From assembly GCA_034780895.1 (NCBI GenBank), contig JAUZTB010000048.1:19840225-19904224 (forward strand): a stretch of 64,000 nucleotides of DNA, read 5' to 3'. This DNA is from Rhynchobatus australiae (taxonomy: Eukaryota). Shown in pieces: positions 40,201-51,323 of this stretch. A program made the position numbers and the translations under genes. Position 1 is the stretch's first letter; each line of letters opens with the position of its first letter. The notes under the pieces were generated by a model. That model had not been told where the DNA came from. It saw nothing but the letters and a program-made list of their open reading frames with translations, and did no database searches.

Positions 40201-42424
40201 AGTTTGCTTTTTAAACAGCCTGCTGATGTCACGCGCCTGCACAGTCCAGTCCCCACTATTCCCAATTAAAACTTCTATAAAAACTTACAAAACAGAACCT
40301 TACAAAACTAAACCTTACAATAAAAACTCTATACAAAAAAAAGAAGAAAAACTTATCTGTCCCGAAGTCCCAACCTTTGCAAATGACACGAAGATTGTTG
40401 GAGGATAGTTTTAGGTCACAGATTTGGTTTCAATGTGTTAATGAAATGGGCTGAGAAATGGCTGATGGAATTTAATCCAGATAAATGTAAGGTGATGCAT
40501 TTTTGATAAGCTAGGATGTACACCATGAATGGTGAGGTCCGAGGGAGCATTAAGCAACAGAGGGATGTTGGTGCACAAATCCAAAGATGTGAATGTGGCA
40601 GTGCAGGTAGATAACATGGTTAAGAAGACATTGGATACTGGCCTTCATTAGTCAGGGCATCGAGGATAGGGTCACAGTAGAGTGCATCTTCAAAGGGCTG
40701 GCTGGAAGGAATACTGACTGTCCTTTGCTCTGTTCTTTAATGGATGAAGCCTTCGGTGTTTGGTCATTGATGGCTTTGATGGTGCTGAAGAACCCACTTA
40801 TGTCATGATTGTCAAGAAGCTGGTGGTGTGTCTCCATCCAATGTCTGTTCTTTAGATCACTGGCTTTCTACTGGACCTCAGGCATCAAATGTCTATTGAG
40901 CTGTTTCTTTTCTCTTGAGCCTTAGTGCTATTTCTAATTCAACAAAAAATTGTGATTTGTGTTTGTGGTTAATTAGATCTGCATGTCCTGGTGGTTCGCA
41001 TCAAATTAGGTCCTGAGTGTTCCCTCACAGTTGCTAATAACAGCAGGCTTCAGGAAAGTCCATCTGCTGTGGCAGAGGGCCAACAAAGTTGTCTGTGAGC
41101 CATTGTCAGAGAAGAGTTACCTTTGTGAATTAATTTTCTTGAGTATTTCTATTGATACTTGTGTTTTGNNNNNNNNNNAGCCAGATCAATCAGATAAGTG
41201 CATTAGATGATGATCAGCCTAGCAGTTATAAGAACTTGTCATGGCACAAATAATGTGGCCAATCATGTGGTCTTTCACTTGTGATGATGATACATGTATA
41301 TTGTAACTAGTGCCAGTGTCTAGACCAGACGACATTTACCATGAAGTTGTGCTTGTCTCTGATGAAACAATGTGTCAGTGATGCCAAGTCTGTGCTCCAA
41401 GCATTTCATCAGGTGGAGGGTGCTGTTGGAGTGAGCCTTCTCAATTCCCTCCTGCAGATCATGCCTTGCCAGAGGGTTCTACCTTTTCCCAACCTGATGT
41501 TCATCTCCCAGTGGATAGCTGGAATATGCAAGTCATATTCAAATGCCAGGATGTAATTAGTGGAGGGCTACAAGAGACTTCCTTTCAGCAAAACCTTACC
41601 TTAGTACTTCATATAGTCAGGTCTTTACTTTCAGCTCCTAGCTATTTTTTTCTTATGGATTTGTTAACCAGACCTGCCATGTATCAACATCGATAAGGAA
41701 GGTAACTGCAAAGGTACCATGTAAAATTGTGGTCCTGTAGACTAGTTAATTCATGGTATCAGCTTTTGTACAATGCTGGGTGTCAATCTCAAAATGAATT
41801 ACTTTTCAAGCCTGCAGTTGAAAGCAAAACTCTGAAGCAAAGCTGAAAGTGCCTTGGGCTGAATCATCTACCTACATACAAGTAGTATCTTCCTTGACTG
41901 TCTATACTTGAGTCCCTCAGCCGCTGCACAACAAAGCTCCCCACAGTTGGCTGGCTAATTGATTCCTGACTATGGCATGGGTTGCTTAATCATCCAGTCC
42001 TTCTGTCAGTGGGGGTCTTCTGGTCATCCAGACTCCACTGAGATTTATCAGTATATTATGACTGCTAAATGATGGGAGACGTCTAGCTGAGTGAAACCCT
42101 GGGAAGGAAGGGGATCTCTGACACTGGGGCCTGAGGTGGTGGAGAGTGTTGGGTTGGAAGGATGCAAGGTTAAGGAATTACTAAGTGGAAATGAAAGGCA
42201 NNNNNNNNNNNNNNNNNNNNNNNNNNNNNNNNNNNNNNNNNNNNNNNNNNTTACGTTGTCATTTAGCTGTAGGGTAGGCAGTATACCATGTTTCAACAGG
42301 TGTCCAGGCCCCAGCCTTGACCTAATGCCAATTCTTGGAAAAGGGTGTTCTATTTACAATAACCATTGTATTCTGTTACATGAAGAATCAAAATTTCTGT
42401 ACACTATGACTCAGTCAAGGGGGA

Positions 42425-42814
42425 CGTAGTAGTGAGCAAGAAAAGCAACATAGCGTTGGTGCACCAGGAAACCAGACAAAGCTGATCTACCCAATCACTA
42501 TTTTCGGACAGCCTTGTATGTAAATGATTACATAGAAAACTTAATTAACTACATAATTACAGTAAAACTAGGTTATTCATTACAGAATAAAACAATTATC
42601 TGTAAATCTAACTGAGTGATAGCAAATCCAAGTTTCAGCCACAGCAATTGTGTATTATGATGTGATCATCAAGTCTCTGTATCTTGGCGCAGTTATAGCT
42701 GCATCCCATCTCTCTATGGATGAACCTTATCAGTAGTTCCCTGTTACCAAATCAGCACAAGCTGCATCTAAATGTTACTAGTTATTAACCCTCTCTATTC
42801 CTAACCCTACAACA
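42425..42814 (-). repeat. 3' LTR of the provirus (about 390 bp)
   Basis: On - it begins TGTTGTAGGG right after a purine tract (AGGGGGCAT); aligns by eye with 49408-49684 and about 50990-51323. Confidence 0.85.
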
Positions 42815-42845
42815 ATGCCCCCTGTAGGCTCTTGGCCTAAAGTGG

Positions 42846-44400
42846 TCAATAGGGCCTACAAGTTTCCATCTCTAACAGTATCTCAGCTTGGCCTTCTAAG
42901 CTGCTCTCCCGCTGACACCAATGCTTTATCTGGCATTGCAGAATGCGCTCTAAAATAATAACAGCCATTAAAACAACCAGCTGTACAACAATAGCAGAGT
43001 GGGAGTTAGGAGGAATCCAGAGATGAATTTGTACATTCAAGCCAATTCCAAATACTGTCCCAAAACGAGAGGTTCTCCAGAGCCACCTTGGCCTCATTTC
43101 TGTGCATCCCATTGCTTGATGACTTCCTTGTCCTCCTGGATGGTCTTTTCCCAGTCAGCCCCCTCTTGGACTTGTGTAACTCAATTTCATGTCAGTGGGT
43201 TGCTTAGTGATATCCGTATTTCCTCATGGTGTTTTGCAACATTGAGCACTCTCATATCAGGGTACAATCTGATTGTCACCATGTCGGAGAGTACCACTGT
43301 GTATACAGTGGACTGCTCTCATTTTCGCAGTCTCCCAGGACACGATTAGTCAGAGTGAGATCCTGAATGTGGCACACAGGGGCTCCTTCACCCACCCATT
43401 CTTTCAACCAGTTGTCTGACATCCAATCTGGGAATCTACGGCTTTCTAACTGTCAAATATTTGCACTGACTACAGACAAGAGCCAGGCAGCATATGTCGT
43501 ACAAACTGCATCTTTATCACAGTGTTAAGTGTCATTATTCACTCTATCAATAACCTCGTTAGTTATACCCTCTAATGGCTGCAATAACTGAATAGTTTCT
43601 AAAACTACTTCTGCCCCATGCTTCACTATTCTACTAGCTTGTCCCAGATCACCATAATTTTGTCCTATGATCCCCTTCTACTTCTGCCGAAGGGAATTGA
43701 TTTGTGAATCTATCTCTGTTATAAAGTATTACCTGTAGATGTAGTTGCTGCATATCCTGTTCCTAATAATTCTATCAAACTCTTCTTCATTCTCTGCCTT
43801 TCTGTCCTAAACCCATTANNNNNNNNNNNNNNNNNNNNNNNNNNNNNNNNNNNNNNNNNNNNNNNNNNNNNNNNNNACTATCTGAACATGCCTATTATAG
43901 CCTGGTACCAGAGTGACCATTTCACAAGAATCTTCCAAAACTAATCCTATTCTCCACAGCCCCTGCATCCATTTGGCCTTTGCTACACTGTGGTGCGCTT
44001 GTGGTAACAGGTGACCATCAGTCGTCGAGTCCTGAACAGAACAACCCAGTTGCATAACCGTACAAATTTCATTGCCGCACTTAAACACGAATGGTTCAAT
44101 GGTCCTATGTCTAGGCATGACAAATATTAACATGGTATTCCCCCTCTCATGTATGCCCATTCCCCACTGGATGTCCCCTTAGTGCCATGCAAATTCCAAA
44201 TGTCCATTCCACAGTACTGCATGCTATCACGTCCCCCAAGCAAAATTGCATACCACTGGTACACTCTGCCAATGGTCGTTCTTTATTATTTCCTTGATTT
44301 ACAGTACGTATTTTGCTTGCTGTTAGAAGAAAGCTCAAAAAGGTGATTCATCCAATTATCCAGATTCTTCTGAGCAAAGCTCATTGGGCTCCATGTGTAC
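42846..44400 (-). pseudogene. env: ERV env remnant (signal-like segment, Cys-rich N region, RMKK|SLIELLGTGY cleavage site and fusion peptide, heptad region, TM anchor)
   Basis: Splice acceptor tttctacag|G near 44405 on -; basic site at 43782-43793; hydrophobic AIVVQLVVLMAVIIL in ORF 42846-43112. Confidence 0.8.
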
Positions 44401-44449
44401 TATTCCTGTAGAAATATATTTGTATGGTCAAATCATTCCTGCCCAAGGT

Positions 44450-47400
44450 ATCTCCAAGTGGGACTAGTGCTTCCACTTTGGTCCTTCCTTAGTTTCCACC
44501 AGGGCACATATCTCTCCAATCAAGATTACCATAAATGGCCCCTCAATCTAGGTTATAATCTTAGTTTTGCTGGTGCAGCCTTAACCACTACCTTACCTCC
44601 TGCTTCTGGCATGTTTGCCTTCACCTGAGCATGCCTGTGCCCCCAGTCTCTCACTCTCTGCCAATCAATGACTTCCCCTTTCAGATCATGCAGACAAATG
44701 GTCAACTCCCATGTAAACAGAGTAATCCGGCCCTTACCATTACAGCTTTCTGGTCCTCCGGTAATCGCATCCTCCGGTAGTTGCATGGCCTGTCCTGTCA
44801 TTGATTCAAAAGGTGTAAATCCTGTCTCACGACTAGGGTTCGTTCATACTTTCATCAGTACTGCTGGTAAGAACCAAGTCCAGCTTTCCCCAGCCTCCAT
44901 TTAGGGTCCTTTTTAGAGTACAATTCATTTTCTCAACTATGCCAGAACTCTGGGGTCAGCGTGCAATGTGAAACCTCCTTGGCCCTTAACAACACCCTCT
45001 TGATTACCTTCCCAGTAAAGTGTGTCTCTTGATATGAGTCAAACCTGGGTTATTGCCTCTCAGCCAGCACACGGGCGACTGACTCAGCAGAGCAGTCTCA
45101 ACTTGGGATTACTACCACCCACCTTGTAAAGTGATCTAGGATCACCAAACAATACCATTTACCCCTGGATTGGCATAATGGCCCTGTGAAGTCCATCTGA
45201 AGTTGCTCCCACAGGCCTTTAGCCCGTGGCTGATGCCCTAGTTGAATATTAGGTGCTTGCCCCAATCACACTGAGCATATTGTACATTGTTGGCAGAATT
45301 TGGCAATGTCTCTCCTCGTTCCCAGCCACCACCAGCACCCTCTAGCTGGGACCTCATCTTATCCCGCCCAATATGGGCTAAACCAAGGTAGGTTTTCAAC
45401 TATGTATGCCTGATGCATTCTGGAGCTAACATGCGTACATTCATCATCTCACCACATCTTCCTTCGCACTCCTGCCTGTTACCAAATCTGCTTTTCTTTT
45501 GATGATGCCTCTTCTTGTATCGCCTTTAAATCTTCCTCCTCTGCCTCCCTGACCATCACTATCTCTACTGGCACTGGGCCAGACTCTTCCACAATTGGCT
45601 TACCTGCTTAATCGGCAAATGCATTTCCCCTTTGCTCAGGGGTGTCTACCCCTTTATGCGCCTTAATCTTTATGACTACTGTTTTGTAGCTTCCGCTAAC
45701 TCCTTCACCATCTCTTTATGTTGTGCGTGTCCTCCTGACGAGGTCACCTACCCTCTACTTGCCCAAGCTGCCATATAATCATGAAATACTCTCATGTACC
45801 TGCTGTCTGTGTGAATGTTCACATTCTATCCCTTTCCTAACCATAAGGATGCTGTTAACGCTTTTAGTTCTGCCACTAACCCTAACCTGTAGAGTGGGAG
45901 TTTTCCTCCTGCCATTCAGTTCCCTCTTTTATCCATCCTGTACCATCAAACTGGCTGGGTTAACCTTTATCATCTGTACATGCTTGTCAGCAGGTAATGA
46001 TACTACCTCCCATTTCACTCACCTGCTGTCAGATACTGCCTGCACTTTCCCTCTCCAGGAGAGTGACTGTACTCTGAGCTGTGTGCAAGATTATCTGATC
46101 CATCAGAGTAGTAGGCTCTGATGCTCCGACAACCCCAGTTGCACAATCTATCACTTGCACACACTAACGCATTCCTGCAACTTCAAGGTCTTGTTCTACA
46201 GAATAATATGCTACAGGCTGCAACTTGTCACCATGTTCCTAATGTACAACAACAGTATAAAATTCTCCCTGATTATCACAAAAAAAATGGAATAGTCTCT
46301 TCGTGTCTGGCAAACCCAAAACCACGCAGCAACTAAAGTTTGCTTTAGACTCGAGAAAGCCTGATCTATCTCTGGCATCCATTCCACCTACTCTTTGCCC
46401 TGCCTCCCCCCCTTACAAGAGTAATTTTCCACAAAATTGTGACAGTAATTTAGGAATCCCAAAGTCTGACAGACTCCCTTCACTGTGTACAGGCAGGGGA
46501 GTTTAAGAATTGATGCTTTATGTTCCTTGGGCATTACTTTCTCGCCCTACCTAATCTTGTGTCCCAAATACTCTACCTCAGGCTGACCAACCAGACCTTG
46601 GGAGGGGTTTACTTTTAGACCCACATTCTCAATAACTTGTCGAGTCCTTGAAACCACCCAGATGTGCTCTTTCTCTCCCAAGATCCAATTAACATATTGC
46701 AAAATGCTGCTGGTATCTGCCAAGGGGATTCAGGCAACTATCTTAGCCATACATTGGATGGAAAATGGCAGAGCTGTTATGGAAACCCTAGGGCAGCCTT
46801 GTCCAAGTGTCCCACTGTCCCTGGACAGTAAAAGCTAGTTTATCCTGACCATCAGCATGTACTGGGATCAACCAAAAACCATTTGCAATATCTAAGACAA
46901 TAAAAGTGCCCTGTTCCAGCCTCAGGCCATTCAAAATGATAGATGGATCTGCTACTATAGGATATTCTCGAGTGGCATATTTGTTCAAGGATGTGTAATC
47001 AATTGTCAGCGGGTAGGACCCATCTGGCTTATGTATGGGCCAGATAGGGGAATTTGTATGGGAAATGGTAGACCGGATTATTCCTTGTTTCTTAGTTCTG
47101 TGACTACCTTTACCACTGCAGCTTCTGCTGCTAGTTTGATGGGGTCTGTCTACGGGGTGGGTGTGACGGGTCCTCTATCCAAACGGGCATCATATCAACA
47201 AAGTCACAGTCCTGTATGTGAGTGGCCCACACCCGGGGGTATGTTTTGACGATAATACCCCATACTCCAACCACTGCCCACTCAGCCTTTAAGGCTGCAA
47301 CTCATGGTATACATAAGTCATCCCTACTCCCCTTCCACCACCAAGGGTGAGCCCACATTCCCCAAATGATTTTTCTTGTACCTGCCTTAATTATAGCTCT

Positions 47401-47825
47401 CAGACATTCCAACAGATCTATGTCGATGCCTTCGTAATTGTCACAAAGTCGTATACGTACAGTAGTGCTCGTGTCCTCAATCTGTATTGGACGGGGTCAC
47501 TTAATTGAGCAAGCATGGATCCTCCCCCCACCCCCATAACTAGTTGTNNNNNNNNNNNNNNNNNNNNNNNNNNNNNNNNNNNNNNNNNNNNNNNNNNNNN
47601 NNNNNNNNNNNNNNNNNNNNNNNNNNNNNNNNNNNNNNNNNNNNNNNCATGGATCCTCCCCCCACCCCCATAACTAGTTGTAGGTTTACTTGTAATGTGC
47701 AAGTCAAGATTTGTCATGGATATTGAGGCCCCAGTGTCATCCAACACAATGGACTGCTGGCCCCCTAATGGCACATTGACAAACATCTTGGGGTCCCCAC
47801 CCTTCCCGCCAAGGGCTGATACTTG
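44450..47825 (-). pseudogene. pol: ERV pro-pol remnant (protease, RT, tether, RNase H, integrase)
   Basis: LDDTGAS; LTIDYTSLN; LDIANGFW; WTRLP*GFHNS; LQYV; GLKVNP..EVEYLG; PVAYYS; VNIHTDSRY; KIKAH..GNAFAD; H-X..CQQC; WEQLQMDFTGPL; PQSSGIVEKMN; EGPF..WKH. Confidence 0.93.
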
Positions 47826-49200
47826 TCATTTCATCAGGAATCGTTTCAACTCCTCCGCGGAGATCTGGAAGATAGGTCCCGTTCTGCTACCACTGAAGCA
47901 GAGTGGTGATCCTCAACTTGCTGAGTCCACGATCCTTGTCCTGCCTTCCATCCGCCTTTGAACCAACAATTGTCCTGACTATGTCCTGCTGTGCCTAATT
48001 TGGCCTCTTCCCCTGTTCTTACAATCCCAGGTCATGTGCCTCTTCCTTCCACACCTGGAACATTCCACATCACCTTGCCTGTCCTGCCTCACAGCTGCCA
48101 CTAGGGATGCACATTCTCCTGTTTCTTCCCATCTCTGCCTCTGCTTCCATTGCCCAGTTAAGAATTTAGTTAAACGTAAGACCCACAAGTAATCTCATCT
48201 TTATTAGTTGGGTCAGATGTGGACACATATCATCTTTCAGAAGTTGTAAGCAGACGTCATCGTCCATCTGGGCCCCCTTTAGGCCACCATGTTGCTTGTA
48301 CACTTGATACTTCTCAACTTTCTCTTTTGGACCTTGCTTAATTAAAATATCCTTGGTCCAGTTTGCCTAACCCTTACCTGTCACGTCCTTAACTGCCTCG
48401 GTAAAGTCCCCCAGATTGTCCTCTGGGGATTTGTTTCTCCCTTTGAGCCAAATCTTATTTTGGACATGGTTGGGCAGCTTGTACCAGACCTGCATAAGAA
48501 TTTAGCCTGGTCAAATGATGACCCTCTAAGTCTTTAACCTTTTGCCAAAAAGCACATTATTGTTATGTTTAACAGAGGAGAATTCATTTAGCAACATCTG
48601 TTTCTCTGTTGCTGTAAAAGGTTCTTCCACCCTGGATTCTGTAGTCTTATTCCCTTTGGTCTTCCAGATGATCTGGAGGGATACTAGCATCCACTGCTGC
48701 CTCATTAAATGGTGAAGGTGATAATTTTTTGTTGCAAGTTCCATACTCCTAGCTGCAGTAGCCAAATCATTCCAATCTACATTGTTTTCTGTGGACGCAC
48801 TTGACCTTGCCCTACTTATTATCGCCCCAGTGTCAGGGGGGGGTTCTGAACTCTTATCGTGTTTAGTGGTCGCTACTCTATGATGGTTGCGCATTAAAGC
48901 TGTTATTACTATACAGCCATTTTGTATTTACCCTTTTCTTGTCCCTTCCACCAAGTAATTTGCTTGAGGATTGTTCCATCTGGATCGTAACTCTTCTTAA
49001 TCATTTTTTGTATCATCTTATGGTTACCGTGCACTACCATCTGTACAAGGGATCTTTCTAGTTCCCACACTACTACGCCAGTCTCCTCCAGCTTCTTTCT
49101 CCACCATGGCCATACCTTATTGTGACTGCAATTCTGGCTCCCCGAGCCTATGTCTCAAAAAAGAGTTGGTTAGTCAATCAATTTCCCACCCGGACATTGT
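47826..49200 (-). pseudogene. gag: ERV gag remnant with one CCHC zinc knuckle
   Basis: CSRCGRKRHMTWDC (C-x2-C-x4-H-x4-C) at about 48020-48065; lies between PBS and protease; ends EELKRFLMK*; start approximate. Confidence 0.8.
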
Positions 49201-49386
49201 CCACCAGTTACCCAGGCACTCCAATCCCTCATTCCTCTGACACTGAACTCCTCGCGTTCCAAGGTCTCTTTTTACCACAGCATATGGTCGTATCAACTAG
49301 GAGGTTATCCCCTAACCCAACGGGGTGGTATTTTAAATGTACTCACCCAACCAGGAGCCTCATAGTCACTTGAGATGCAGCGAGGT

Positions 49387-49404
49387 ATCCTGCCAACTAT
49401 CCCA
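49387..49404 (-). promoter_or_regulatory. Primer-binding site, tRNA-Ser type
   Basis: - strand TGGGATAGTTGGCAGGAT versus TGGCGTAGTCGGCAGGAT (complement of the vertebrate tRNA-Ser 3' end), 15/18, 3 nt after the LTR CA end. Confidence 0.75.
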
Positions 49405-49407
49405 AAT

Positions 49408-49684
49408 TGTAGGAGTGAACGAGAAAGGCAACATGGAGCTGGTGTCCAACGATTTATTGAAACTGGTATGCACCAGGAGACCAGACAAAACTGATCTACC
49501 TGCACACTATTTTGGGACACCATTGTATACCTCTCCACATACCTGATTACACAGAAAACTTAAGTTTTGATTGTTACGTTTCTCCGATTACATCATTACA
49601 TGGACTCATTACAGAACAGAACACTTAATTATCCATAAGTCTAACTTTAGTTAACAGCAAACTTAAGTTTTGGCCACAATAATA
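49408..49684 (-). repeat. 5' LTR of the provirus (truncated by gap), with AATAAA on - at about 49453-49458
   Basis: TGTAGGAG terminus on +, aligns with the LTR starting at 42425. Confidence 0.85.
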
Positions 49685-49784
49685 NNNNNNNNNNNNNNNN
49701 NNNNNNNNNNNNNNNNNNNNNNNNNNNNNNNNNNNNNNNNNNNNNNNNNNNNNNNNNNNNNNNNNNNNNNNNNNNNNNNNNNNN

Positions 49785-50962
49785 AGACTTGGCTGAAAGG
49801 GAGAAACACACTCCCAGAGGACCAACTGGGGCACTTTAATGGGGCAGACAAGGATGGGATTACCTGTGGGTCACACATTTAACCAAACTCTTCACTGGGC
49901 AATGGAAGCAGAGGGAGAGAGGGGGAAAAACCAGAGAATGTGCAGCCCCAGTGGCAGCTGTGAGGCACGACAGGAGGTGATGTGGAACGTTTCAGGTGTG
50001 GGAGGAAGGGGTACGTGGCCCGGGACTGTAAGAACAGGGGAAAAGGCTAAATTAAATGCAGCGATTGTGGAAGACAGGACGCAGTTGGGACAATTGCTGG
50101 TCCAATGGCGGAGGGAAGGTGGGACAGGGACCACGGACCCAGTGAGCTGAGGAGCGCCACTCTGGTGGATCTGGTCTTTCAGATGTCCGTGGAGGAGCTG
50201 AAACAACTCCTGATGAAGTGACAAGTATCAGCCCTTGGTAGGAAAGGCAGGGGACCCCAGAATGTTTGTCAGTGTGCTGTTGGGGGGGCCAGCAGTGCAC
50301 TGTGTTGGTAGACACTGGGGCTCAATATGGATGAGGAATCTTGACTTACCCATAACAAGTACAACTTACACTGGTGATGGGGGTGTGGGGAGGGTCCATC
50401 CTTGCTCAGTTAAGTGAGCATGTCCCGATACAGATTGAAGACGCAAGCACCACTGTCTGTGTATGGGTTTGTAACAATCACAAAGGCACCATCTTAGGGG
50501 CAGATCTATTGGAATGCCTGGGAGCTATAAAGGCAGGTACAAAGGGAAATCATATGGGGAATGAGGACTTGCCCTTGGTGGTGGTGGAAGGGCAATGGGG
50601 ATAATGTATACCACAAGTTTTGGCCTTAAATACTGAGTGGGCAGTGGTGGGAATATGGGATATTATTGTCAAAACGTACGCCTGGGTGTGGGCCACTCAC
50701 AAACAGGACTGTGGCCTCGTCCATTTGGATGGAGGGTTCATCACAACCGCCCTGTAGACAAGCGCCCCATCAAACCTGGAGCCGAAGATGCAGTGGTAAA
50801 GATAGTGACAGACTACAGAAACAAGGAGTGATCCAGTCTCCTGGCTGGGACACATCAGACGAATCCTACCAGCTGACAATCGATGATACCTCCTTGAGCA
50901 AAAATGCCACTGGAGAATATCCTATAATGCCAGATCCACCCATCATTCTGAATGGCCCGAGG
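49785..50962 (+). mobile_element. Second, inverted fragment of the same ERV family (gag C-term, protease, RT start)
   Basis: Reverse-complement similarity to about 46925-48455, with an internal deletion of about 190 nt; decayed zinc knuckle, VDTGA-like site, LTIDDTSL..YPIMPDPPIILNG. Confidence 0.88.
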
Positions 50963-50989
50963 TTTTGTGATATCCCTACCCACCACTCT

Positions 50990-51323
50990 GCATGTGTGAT
51001 TACACAGAAAACTTAATTAACCAAGTGCTGATTGTTACATTTCTCAGATTTAGTCATTACACAGACAATTATGTCAAAACTGGGTTTTTGTTATAGAATA
51101 AGACACTTAATTATCCACAAGTCTAACTTAGGTTTGTGTTAACTAAGTTTTGGCCACAACAGTAGTGACACGTTGTACCATGATCATCAAGCTTCTGTAC
51201 CTTGGTGCAGTTACAACTGCATCCCATCTCTGTTGTTGAACTTTATCAGTAGTTCCCTGATACCACATCACCATTTATCCTATTTTACTAGTTATTAACC
51301 CTCTATGTTCCTACCCCTACACA
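50990..51323 (-). repeat. Third, partial LTR of the same family
   Basis: Shares tgattacacagaaaacttaa, tggccacaa, gcatcccatctc, ttatcagtagttccctg and ttactagttattaaccctct..ccctaca(a)ca with the other LTRs. Confidence 0.85.

Larger units (their letters stand above)
42425..49684 (-). mobile_element. Decayed endogenous retrovirus-like provirus (LTR-gag-pro-pol-env-LTR), antisense in an RTEL1 intron; the 5' LTR runs into the N gap
   Basis: Two similar LTRs, PBS, PPT, CCHC knuckle, DTGA protease, RT, tether, RNase H, HHCC/DDE integrase and env with a TM segment, all in retroviral order on the - strand; many stops and frameshifts. Confidence 0.93.

Noticed and set aside
47514-47681. 34-bp exact direct repeat on both sides of a 100-N gap in the ERV protease
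   Set aside because: Typical unmerged contig overlap; the second ERV copy has the sequence once
42425-49684. Calling the provirus a true foamy virus or a Gypsy element
   Set aside because: The CCHC knuckle, Ser PBS, short LTR and lack of room for accessory genes argue against foamy; tether plus a second RNase H plus env argue against ordinary Gypsy
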